Source of the DNA: Terriglobia bacterium | Lineage (GTDB): Bacteria > Acidobacteriota > Terriglobia > 20CM-2-55-15 | Direction: 5' to 3' | Length of the DNA stretch: 64,000 bases | Assembly: GCA_965218585.1 (NCBI GenBank) | Contig: CBDCLE010000023.1 | Location: forward strand, 6,460 to 70,459 | Part shown: positions 56,839 through 64,000 of the stretch, in pieces | How positions within the stretch are numbered: position 1 is the first letter of the stretch | Layout: each line of letters opens with the position of its first letter | Translations under genes and position numbers: made by a program | The notes under the pieces: model-generated | What the model was told of the DNA's origin: nothing | Database searches by the model: none | Seen by the model: the letters and a program-made list of their open reading frames with translations, nothing else

Positions 56839-58221
56839 CTAGAGAGGAACAACGACATCTGTACTCTGGTTTTCCGCAGCCCCGAACGAATCGACCTCGA
56901 CGCCGGCCAGATTCTGCATCGCCACGTGCAGATTCGAAATCGGCACCATTTCATCGAAGAACGGAATCCCGGGAATGTTCTCTTCCGCAGCCATTCGCCC
57001 CATCTGGATATGCCGATCTCCGCGGAGTTTTCCCGCTCCGCCGCCGACGAGCAGCACTGGCATGTTCATGTGATCGTGGACCTGGGAGTTGCTCATTCCC
57101 GCGCCGTACATGATCACAATCGAATCGAGCAGGTTGCCATCGCCCTCTGGTGTCGACTTCAACTTATTCACGAACCGCTCGAACAGGCTCATGTGGTAAG
57201 CGTCGATCCGCGCCTTCATCTCCATCCTCTCCGGCAAATAACCGTGGTGCGACACCGGATGGTGGGGATCCGGAACGCCGAACTCAGGATAGGTCTGGCC
57301 GCTCAGTTCCCGCGCCAGCATGTACGACGTGACACGCGTCAGATCGCCCTGGAACGCCAGCGCCTGCAACTCGAACATCATGTCGATCTGTTGTTCAAAC
57401 CCCAGGACATCAACCGGCACTTCGGGCGCCTCAAGATTTCTCGACTGTCGCTGCTCTTCGCCCCGAACCAACTGGCGCTCTACCGTACGGACATTCTCCA
57501 TGTACTGATCCACTCGCGCGCGGTCTGAAGAGCCCAGCTCACCACCGAGCTCCCGGATATCCGCAGTGATCGTATCCAGAATGCTCGTGTTGTCACGCAG
57601 TCTCCGGGCCCGGGCTTCGGGCGTGGCATCGGCGCCGCCAAACAGACGCTCGAAGAGGGTGCGCGGTTCGCTCTCCATCGTCAGGGATTGCGTCGGGGTG
57701 CGCCAAGAGATCGTGTTCATGTAGGCGCAGTTATCATCGATCGCGCATGTCCCGATCAATTGGGATGCGTCTTCGGTCGCCACCTGCAGAGACTCAAAAA
57801 TCGAATCTTTACCAACCTTCTGGGCGATGACCTGGTCCACGGTAGTGGCCAATCGCAGTCGGGTGTCTAGTTGATCGCCACCCGCTCCCGGAACGTTTCC
57901 ACTGAGCCACATCGGTGGGGATGGGGGGTGGTTCTGTACCCCGACGTTATAGAGCCCACTGACAACGTTGATGTATTCCCGATGAGGTTCCATCGACTTC
58001 AGCGCGAGCTTGAAATCAATCCCGGTACCGACCGTGTCTGGCATGAACTGTTTCATCAGAATACCGTTCGGCGTATACACCCACGCGAACCGTTGGATCG
58101 GCGCTTGCCCCGATTGCCCCATCACCGCCGGCACCATGGCATCGAGGAACGGCAGCGCAACAACCGCGCCAGCGCCCTTCAAAAAAGTTCTGCGAGACAG
58201 ATGTTTCTTGGTGATAAACAT
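56839..58221 (-). CDS. DUF1552-family protein with a Tat-type signal
   Basis: 460-aa ORF. The N-terminus MFITKKHLSRRTFLKGAGAVVALPFLDAM is characteristic of DUF1552 proteins. It is paired with DUF1592 upstream. Confidence 0.75.
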   Translation of the reverse strand: MFITKKHLSRRTFLKGAGAVVALPFLDAMVPAVMGQSGQAPIQRFAWVYTPNGILMKQFMPDTVGTGIDFKLALKSMEPHREYINVVSGLYNVGVQNHPPSPPMWLSGNVPGAGGDQLDTRLRLATTVDQVIAQKVGKDSIFESLQVATEDASQLIGTCAIDDNCAYMNTISWRTPTQSLTMESEPRTLFERLFGGADATPEARARRLRDNTSILDTITADIRELGGELGSSDRARVDQYMENVRTVERQLVRGEEQRQSRNLEAPEVPVDVLGFEQQIDMMFELQALAFQGDLTRVTSYMLARELSGQTYPEFGVPDPHHPVSHHGYLPERMEMKARIDAYHMSLFERFVNKLKSTPEGDGNLLDSIVIMYGAGMSNSQVHDHMNMPVLLVGGGAGKLRGDRHIQMGRMAAEENIPGIPFFDEMVPISNLHVAMQNLAGVEVDSFGAAENQSTDVVVPL

Positions 58222-58319
58222 TCTCTTTCTCCTCCTCTATCTATGTCCTGAATCCATGTCCTGTACCAGCCAGTTCACAGGGTGAATATTCGTATTGACC
58301 ATGACTCGTGTTAATTAAG

Positions 58320-60752
58320 CTACTGCACTCGGGCCGATCGAGTTGGACCAGTATCGCTGACCCTCATTTGAAATGGAACACTGTTGACGATTCCCAGAAT
58401 AAAAGACGAAAACCGATAGTCATTTTCCGACGCTGCCCGTGTCAAATCACGTACGACCGGCATGTCGGAGGGATCCAGGCCGCGGCCCAAGGCGTAGGTC
58501 AACAGCCTCTCCGCAGCTGTCTGCGCAAACCTGTCCGGGTTCTGGATCAGCGCTTCGCCGAGCGCAAGCGGCCCCGCGACAGATCCGTAGTCCTGCAGGA
58601 TATGAATGACGCCGGCGTTCGCATCAACCGGGGCACCTCCATCGTCCTCACGCCACCGGCCCAATCCATCGTAGTTCTCCAGTGCCAGTCCGATCGGGTC
58701 CATCAACTGATGGCAACCCGAACATGCCGGATTGGCCCGATGCTGCTCCATCCGTTCCCGCATCGTCGTTGGTGCACTCAGTTCCTCATCCAATGCCGGC
58801 ACGTTCGCGGGGGGATCGGGTGCCGGTGTGCCCAGAATATTGGTGAGTATGTAATTGCCGCGAAGCACCGGCGAAGTCCGGTTGGGATACGAATTGACCA
58901 TCAGGATGGCTCCGTGTCCCAGGATACCTTTGCGGGTGCTATCCGGGCCCAACTCCACCCTCCGAAACTGTTCGCCGTAAATGTCGGGGATGCCGTAGGC
59001 AAGGGCCACTCTCTCGTTGATGTATGTGTAATCGGCTGTCAGCAACTCGTGGATCGGAAGATCCTGGCTGATGACTTCCAGGAAGAGCAGTTCGGTCTCT
59101 CGCCGGAAGGATTGCCGCAGGGTGTCATCGAAATCCGGGAACACCTGGTTGTTTGGCGTGTGGCCCTGCAGATTCCGGAAACCCAGCCATTGTTCCGCGA
59201 AGTTGGTGACCAGGGCTTCGGCACGGCTATCGGTCAACATGCGTCGCACCTGCTGCTCCAAGACCGCCGGCTCGCTCAGCCGGCCGTCCACGGCCAGATC
59301 CAGCAGTTGGTCGTCCGGAATGCTCGACCAGAGAAAGAACGAAATCCGGGAAGCCAGTTCCAGGTCGCTGATCGTGTAAGCCGAACCCGGGCCAATGTCC
59401 TCCGGATCGGTCTCGTGTCGGAACAGGAACTGCGGTGTCACCAGCATGTACGTCAGTGCCTTCTGGATACCTCGGTCGAAAGTGCCACCCGCATCTCTTT
59501 CACTCTGATATTGGTCCATCAAACGTCCCAACTGGGATTCAGTCGGAGGACGCCGGTATCCACGACGTGCCATCGTCGTGAGAATTGATTCTGCACAACC
59601 ACTCGCTTGGGCCTCCGACGCCGGATAGCAGGTGAAGATCTGCCGGCGACTTGGAGACTCGCTGACGCCTGTAACCGTCAACGGACCTGAAATGCGCGTC
59701 AACTTCACCTGGGGGTCCCCATAAAACCAGCTGAAGTCCAGCTCATGGAAAAACGGTTCGATGAGGTCAGGACGCACACCCGAAGTCTTTTTCAGGAAAG
59801 CGATTCCGATATCATGCGGACCGGCCTGGAGTGTTACCGTAGTCTCGAGTCTTCCTTCGATCTCGAGTCCTTTTCGTGAGGGCGACGACACGGTCTCAAA
59901 GGATTCCTCCGTACCTCCGAAGGTCGCGAGGTGGACGCGGCCACCGTCCACGCTGACTTCGAGCGTGTGCTCAAACTCCAACCCCCGGACGACGTCGAGC
60001 GTGCTTCGCATCAGCCTGGGACTGATTGTGTACTCTCCATCAACGGGAGCGTAGAACTTAACCAAATGGCCGCCACGAGTGCCCCGCGGCAGTCCTTCGA
60101 CCCAGGTGTCCTGCTTGTGATCGGGTGTGACGAGGAAAGACTGGATTGCGGGCTGCATTTCTACGTCGCCGACCGCCCGACCCGTGGCCATCCACGCCGC
60201 GCTCAGGTATTGCCCCATCAACGTGGAATCGGTCCCCAGCACCTCGGCGATGTTGTCAAACCCGTTCAGTGCAGTGTCGGGCGGCAATAGATTCCGGGAG
60301 TTGAACTCGATGTCAAATAGGTCCCGGATCACGTTGCCGTACTCGGTACGATTGAGACGATGGATGTCTTTTCTGCCCGGATTAGGTCCGTCAGCGACGG
60401 CACGGTCCAGCGCGTCTTCCAGGTAGGCGACAAAGCTGTCCGCAGCGGTCGCATCGATAGACCATCCCGCCGGCGGCATCATCCGCCCGCGCACCTTTCG
60501 GATCACGCCTTCCCAAATGTCTGCCTCGGCGGCGACATTCGATAGCGTCATATCGACCTCATCCACCCATTGGCGAACCGGGACGAGGCTGGTGACTCCA
60601 CCGCCCTGGTGACAGAACTGGCAGTTTTGCTCGATGAAGTTGATCTGAGCGGTGGCGGCCGGTTCCTGCGCCAGAACCGCATCTGGGGTCATGACAGCCA
60701 GGACTACCGCCAGAATGCACGCGAACTGTATCGCGGAGGCGATTCGATTCAT
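58320..60752 (-). CDS. DUF1592/DUF1595/DUF1588/DUF1587/DUF1585 multi-domain protein with an N-terminal cytochrome-c-type CxxCH motif
   Basis: 810-aa ORF with a signal peptide. Heme motif CQFCHQ near the N-terminus and a second CSGCH near the C-terminus. The architecture is as recalled for the Planctomycetes-type PSD1-like proteins. Confidence 0.7.
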   Translation of the reverse strand: MNRIASAIQFACILAVVLAVMTPDAVLAQEPAATAQINFIEQNCQFCHQGGGVTSLVPVRQWVDEVDMTLSNVAAEADIWEGVIRKVRGRMMPPAGWSIDATAADSFVAYLEDALDRAVADGPNPGRKDIHRLNRTEYGNVIRDLFDIEFNSRNLLPPDTALNGFDNIAEVLGTDSTLMGQYLSAAWMATGRAVGDVEMQPAIQSFLVTPDHKQDTWVEGLPRGTRGGHLVKFYAPVDGEYTISPRLMRSTLDVVRGLEFEHTLEVSVDGGRVHLATFGGTEESFETVSSPSRKGLEIEGRLETTVTLQAGPHDIGIAFLKKTSGVRPDLIEPFFHELDFSWFYGDPQVKLTRISGPLTVTGVSESPSRRQIFTCYPASEAQASGCAESILTTMARRGYRRPPTESQLGRLMDQYQSERDAGGTFDRGIQKALTYMLVTPQFLFRHETDPEDIGPGSAYTISDLELASRISFFLWSSIPDDQLLDLAVDGRLSEPAVLEQQVRRMLTDSRAEALVTNFAEQWLGFRNLQGHTPNNQVFPDFDDTLRQSFRRETELLFLEVISQDLPIHELLTADYTYINERVALAYGIPDIYGEQFRRVELGPDSTRKGILGHGAILMVNSYPNRTSPVLRGNYILTNILGTPAPDPPANVPALDEELSAPTTMRERMEQHRANPACSGCHQLMDPIGLALENYDGLGRWREDDGGAPVDANAGVIHILQDYGSVAGPLALGEALIQNPDRFAQTAAERLLTYALGRGLDPSDMPVVRDLTRAASENDYRFSSFILGIVNSVPFQMRVSDTGPTRSARVQ

Positions 60753-60809
60753 TTCTTTAAGAACCTCTTAAAAAGCTAACTATTTTATAGATGCACTGAA
60801 CGGACCCTC

Positions 60810-61355
60810 TCACAATGACAGGCTCTGTTCCATCTCTGTTCTCTCAGACTCTATTATCTCGGACTCTAGTATCCCGGATGGAACTCCATCGCGCAGACCC
60901 TTTTTCAAATTTTCGAGCATGGTGGACAACACCTGCACAAGAACTTCATAGTCCGCCTGCGAAATACCTCTCATCGCTCCTTTGCGCACGGCTAAGCTCA
61001 GCGGCATCGTATGCTCGACCAAGTCTTTCCCCTTCATGGTAACCGAAACTACGACGCCTCGGCCGTCCTCCGAGCTACGCGTGCGAGCAACTAAACCGGC
61101 TTTCACCAAGCCGTCCAGCTGCCTCTTGAGCGTTGTCACGTCTCGTCCGAGCAAATCCGCGAGCGGCTCCATGCGCTGGGGAGACTCCAGACCGGCCATG
61201 ACCGTCAGAACGATATGCTCCTCGACCGACAGCGGAATGTTGGCTGCTGCGAGATGCTGGCCAGTGCTAAGCCTCAGCAGGTGGGATACCCGTCCTGCTA
61301 GAAAAGCAGCCGAACTCCGGGCGTCGAGCCCTTCCGATACTTTTACTTTGCTCAT
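60810..61355 (-). CDS. MarR-family transcriptional regulator
   Basis: Winged-helix pattern ..LSVEEHIVLTVMAGLESPQRMEPLADLLGRDVTTLKRQLDGLVKAGLVARTRSSEDGR. Confidence 0.75.
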   Translation of the reverse strand: MSKVKVSEGLDARSSAAFLAGRVSHLLRLSTGQHLAAANIPLSVEEHIVLTVMAGLESPQRMEPLADLLGRDVTTLKRQLDGLVKAGLVARTRSSEDGRGVVVSVTMKGKDLVEHTMPLSLAVRKGAMRGISQADYEVLVQVLSTMLENLKKGLRDGVPSGILESEIIESERTEMEQSLSL

Positions 61356-61531
61356 AATTCTCACCTGTCTGTATAGTACAGCTATATCGGCCTGTCAACG
61401 CTTTTCGCCCGAATTTCGTCTCGAGATCTACTGGTCGTACTCATTTCGCTCCTGGACGTGGCAGAGGTGACACCGGTTTGGCCTTTTCGCTATTATTTTG
61501 AGGGACTGCTTAACAAATCGGGGTCGCTTGC

Positions 61532-62293
61532 TTGCAAAGGAAGATAACGCTCACTTTCCTGTTTCTGACACTCTCAGGATGCCTGTCGACACTCTCAGGA
61601 TGCCAGTCGGCTCAAAGGTTCGAGCGATTGCGCAGCGTGGTGGTTCAGGTTGGCGATGACTCGACGGGATTCATTGGTACAGGTTTCTTCATTCAAGACA
61701 GCGAACGTTGCACTCTCCTGACTGCCAAGCACGTGCTCAATCCTCCCAACCGTCCCCCGTTGGACAGGGACAACCTCAAAGTCCGGATGATCTATCCTCC
61801 TGGCGGGGACGTTCTTGCCTCGTTTCCTGTTAGCGTTTTCTACGAAGACCCTCAGCTCGATTTAGCTTTTCTGAGGGTGAATGAGTCTTGCGGAATAGGT
61901 AGGGACCTCCAGATTCAGCCATTACGGATCAGGCAGGAGTCGATCGCTGATGTCGGTGCGCCAGTGACTATCGTCGGCTACCCCGATGCAGGCAGTGGTA
62001 TCGACCAGGTAACTGGCGAGCCGTTTCCACAGTCTATTCTTGCCATACCTGTCCTTCAGAGCGGTCACGTAGCGTTCACGGAAATCACATCGACACTTTC
62101 TTTTGGACAGAGAATGCTTCTGGACCTGATAGGAGCTAGTGGATTTAGCGGCGGTCCCGTGATTCTTAATGCGACCGGTGAAGTCATCGGCGTCGTATTC
62201 GGTCGTGCCACAACAGATGGGGACTTCAGTTCCAATTGGGCTACGCCCGTCACGCGTGAGATCTACGAGACGGCGATCGGCGAAAGTCGATGA
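61532..62293 (+). CDS. Trypsin-like (S1) serine protease lipoprotein
   Basis: TTG start. Catalytic-triad contexts LLTAKHV, DLAFLRV and GFSGGPV. The lipobox is duplicated (LTLSGC-LSTLSGC). Confidence 0.65.
   Translation: MQRKITLTFLFLTLSGCLSTLSGCQSAQRFERLRSVVVQVGDDSTGFIGTGFFIQDSERCTLLTAKHVLNPPNRPPLDRDNLKVRMIYPPGGDVLASFPVSVFYEDPQLDLAFLRVNESCGIGRDLQIQPLRIRQESIADVGAPVTIVGYPDAGSGIDQVTGEPFPQSILAIPVLQSGHVAFTEITSTLSFGQRMLLDLIGASGFSGGPVILNATGEVIGVVFGRATTDGDFSSNWATPVTREIYETAIGESR
61567..61608 (+). repeat. 2 x 21-bp in-frame tandem duplication covering the lipobox
   Basis: GACACTCTCAGGATGCCTGTC / GACACTCTCAGGATGCCAGTC, with 1 mismatch. Confidence 0.9.
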
Positions 62294-62417
62294 TTCCCGA
62301 CCGTTTCTTGTTTTAACTTTGAGGCAGTATGGAGAGCCGTGATGATCATCACGGCACCGAACCCGAGCGTGGGACAATCGGGAGCTGAAACGTATGGTCT
62401 CAGCTCCCTGGTATCGA

Positions 62418-62924
62418 TTAATCCGACGACACAGGACCTTCTGCCGGGAGGGTATCGTCCCCGAAGGCGATGTTACCCGTAACCGAGTCGCAGTGCATAC
62501 CCGCTCGAGGCGCCTCGCCCATAGGACACTTGAACAGACCTGAACCGCCCCGGTCTCCACCGCGCCTGCCGGTCCGTAACGGATGGATACCCATGCTGAA
62601 AACGGTTCCCTGCGGGAAGGTTTCCTCAGAGATGTTTTGCCGGCGCGCCTGCGCGGCACTTTCCATCTGAACGACCCAGACGACAGGCTCGCCTTCCTCA
62701 TCCCGAAGCAACCCGTCCCGCCCTTCGTTCAGCTCGACAAAGTGCATCTCGAAGTGGGCGGCGTTGGGGACAATCCGGACCATGACGCCGGTAAACACCC
62801 GGTATATTGTTGCGTCATACATGGCGTAGGAGTGATGCGCATCCGCTGACGGCGTCGAAAATCCCAGCAGGGCTGCGACAGCGATCGCAATGATCATTGA
62901 AGTACTGACTTTCTTGATATCCAT
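62418..62924 (-). CDS. DUF6152-like secreted protein
   Basis: 168-aa ORF. Signal peptide followed by AHHSYAMYD...V.TGV, as I recall for DUF6152. Confidence 0.5.
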   Translation of the reverse strand: MDIKKVSTSMIIAIAVAALLGFSTPSADAHHSYAMYDATIYRVFTGVMVRIVPNAAHFEMHFVELNEGRDGLLRDEEGEPVVWVVQMESAAQARRQNISEETFPQGTVFSMGIHPLRTGRRGGDRGGSGLFKCPMGEAPRAGMHCDSVTGNIAFGDDTLPAEGPVSSD

Positions 62925-62954
62925 AAGTATTCCTCCGCTGAACTTACCTTAATA

Positions 62955-64000
62955 TTAATTGAACCCGAGGTCCAGTTCCTCCTGGGGCCGCTGCATGCCT
63001 TGCTCGAAATACGTTTCCCAGGATTCAGCCCATGGGCGGCTGCCCATGTCCCATACCCGGAACGGGATGATCTCTCCCGGAACGATCGGCGTGGCGCGAC
63101 CTTCGATCGGGTACATCGGGCGGATACATTCGTTGTTCGAGAACCGACCGGACTCGGCGAGGGAGCGCTGGTAACTTCGGTACGTGATAAGCCTCACCGG
63201 TTGGGCCAGGGCCTGGGCGTCGTAGATCACTGCTTCCCAGTCGAGCCCGATCATGTTGCCTGCCGCGTCGTTCACCGGCGTGAAGATCTCGACCGTCTCC
63301 AGGGCATCGCTCCACTCCCAGCTCGAGTGCTGGTTCCAGCCCTGCACGTTCGAGGTCATGGTGATCAGGGCGTCGCCGTCCCAGAAGCCGATGGTATCGC
63401 CGTACCACTGGGGCGGACCTCCACCCAGTGGAAACTCACCATTGAGAAACACCGTACGCTTCATCGTGTTTCCGATCATCAACACGACTTCGGGAGTGAC
63501 TACGAATCGGCTGGGCATTGTTCCTCCGGTCGCCCACTGCCGCATGAACCCTTCTGGAAAGCAGTAGGAGGCGGACCACTGATGGGCCCCATTGATACCC
63601 TCATGATAGATCTGTTGCACCATGCGCTGTTGATGCTCTGGAGTCAGCAGCGAGAGAATCGTCGGCATCTGGTTGGCCCGCATATAGTTCCAAACAACTC
63701 GGCGCGTACCGTCTCCACCATAAGCCCCATCCCACTTGGGCATGGTCTCGTAGGTATGCCGGGTCGGCCCGCCACGGGATTCCACATCCGCCAGCAGTGC
63801 AGCGTAGTGTTCCCCGGCGCTATCGAAGCCATAGGGACTGAGGATGTTCTCAACGGGCCAGTCCTCGTCGCAGTTGCCCCACCGCGCTGAGACCGGCTCA
63901 TTGGCGCCGATGCGCGGGTCGGAAGTGGCCCGGCCTGCGCCGCCGCTGCGCAGATCCGCCATCATCCTCGGGGCGTTGCAGCGCCAGTATCGCTGATCCA
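62955..64000 (-). CDS. Hypothetical protein, probably 5'-truncated by the window edge
   Basis: The frame stays open to position 64000, upstream of the first Met at 63965. No family was recognised. It lies 30 bp upstream of the DUF6152-like gene on the same strand. Confidence 0.5.
   Translation of the reverse strand, partial: DQRYWRCNAPRMMADLRSGGAGRATSDPRIGANEPVSARWGNCDEDWPVENILSPYGFDSAGEHYAALLADVESRGGPTRHTYETMPKWDGAYGGDGTRRVVWNYMRANQMPTILSLLTPEHQQRMVQQIYHEGINGAHQWSASYCFPEGFMRQWATGGTMPSRFVVTPEVVLMIGNTMKRTVFLNGEFPLGGGPPQWYGDTIGFWDGDALITMTSNVQGWNQHSSWEWSDALETVEIFTPVNDAAGNMIGLDWEAVIYDAQALAQPVRLITYRSYQRSLAESGRFSNNECIRPMYPIEGRATPIVPGEIIPFRVWDMGSRPWAESWETYFEQGMQRPQEELDLGFN

Noticed and set aside
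58308-59588. 426-aa ORF on the plus strand
   Set aside because: It is antisense to the DUF1592 gene and has a shadow-frame composition.
63000-63890. 296-aa ORF on the plus strand. Similar long antisense ORFs occur at 25219-26130, 29431-30168, 32317-33126, 47847-48731, 14896-15738 and 13660-14457.
   Set aside because: Each one lies opposite a gene with strong family motifs or a better coding pattern, and none has an RBS or recognisable domain.

Overview
GC-rich (high-50s % by eye, not computed) chromosomal segment from a Gram-negative bacterium. The gene content (a DUF1592/DUF1552 pair, a CarboxypepD_reg-type TonB-dependent receptor, many PQQ-like beta-propellers, F420 genes) resembles Acidobacteriota, Gemmatimonadota or Planctomycetota-like environmental lineages, but taxonomy cannot be proven here. 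All product calls come from motif recognition by eye; no searches were run.

Layout:
- 0.1-10.4 kb: coenzyme F420 genes (cofE, npdG, cofH, cofG), interleaved with a HigBA module, an endostatin/DUF1554-like secreted protein, an arylsulfotransferase-like lipoprotein and a PQQ-like propeller.
- 10.5-20.9 kb: a complete propionyl-CoA to succinyl-CoA cluster (pccB, pccA, epimerase, fused B12 mutase, two MeaB GTPases), plus a thioesterase and an F420-type LLM oxidoreductase.
- 21.1-27.5 kb: a tandem array of four secreted PQQ-like beta-propeller paralogs, one of them frameshifted.
- 27.5-37.3 kb: a patch where 4 of 5 genes are disrupted by about 14 frameshifts and one nonsense codon (TonB-dependent receptor, GGT, NSS transporter, amidohydrolase).
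- 37.4-38.2 kb: a low-GC islet with a tRNA-like 5' fragment and a RelE/Phd module.
- 38.4-49.3 kb: an M14 peptidase, then a LuxE-like/LuxC-like pair followed by GT4, an ABC ATPase and a giant FtsX permease.
- 49.3-52.5 kb: a sixth PQQ-like gene, cleanly split by a 1.86-kb IS element.
- 52.5-64 kb: a TetR gene with an in-frame TAG, DoxX, a decayed second arylsulfotransferase-like paralog, a DUF1592-DUF1552-ankyrin operon, MarR, a trypsin-like lipoprotein, and DUF6152 with an unknown neighbour.

The most unusual non-coding signal is a five-copy, roughly 80-bp dual-hairpin intergenic repeat family. It shows clear compensatory stem changes, and every copy is co-oriented with the gene upstream of it. 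No CRISPR array, rRNA gene or intact tRNA gene was seen.
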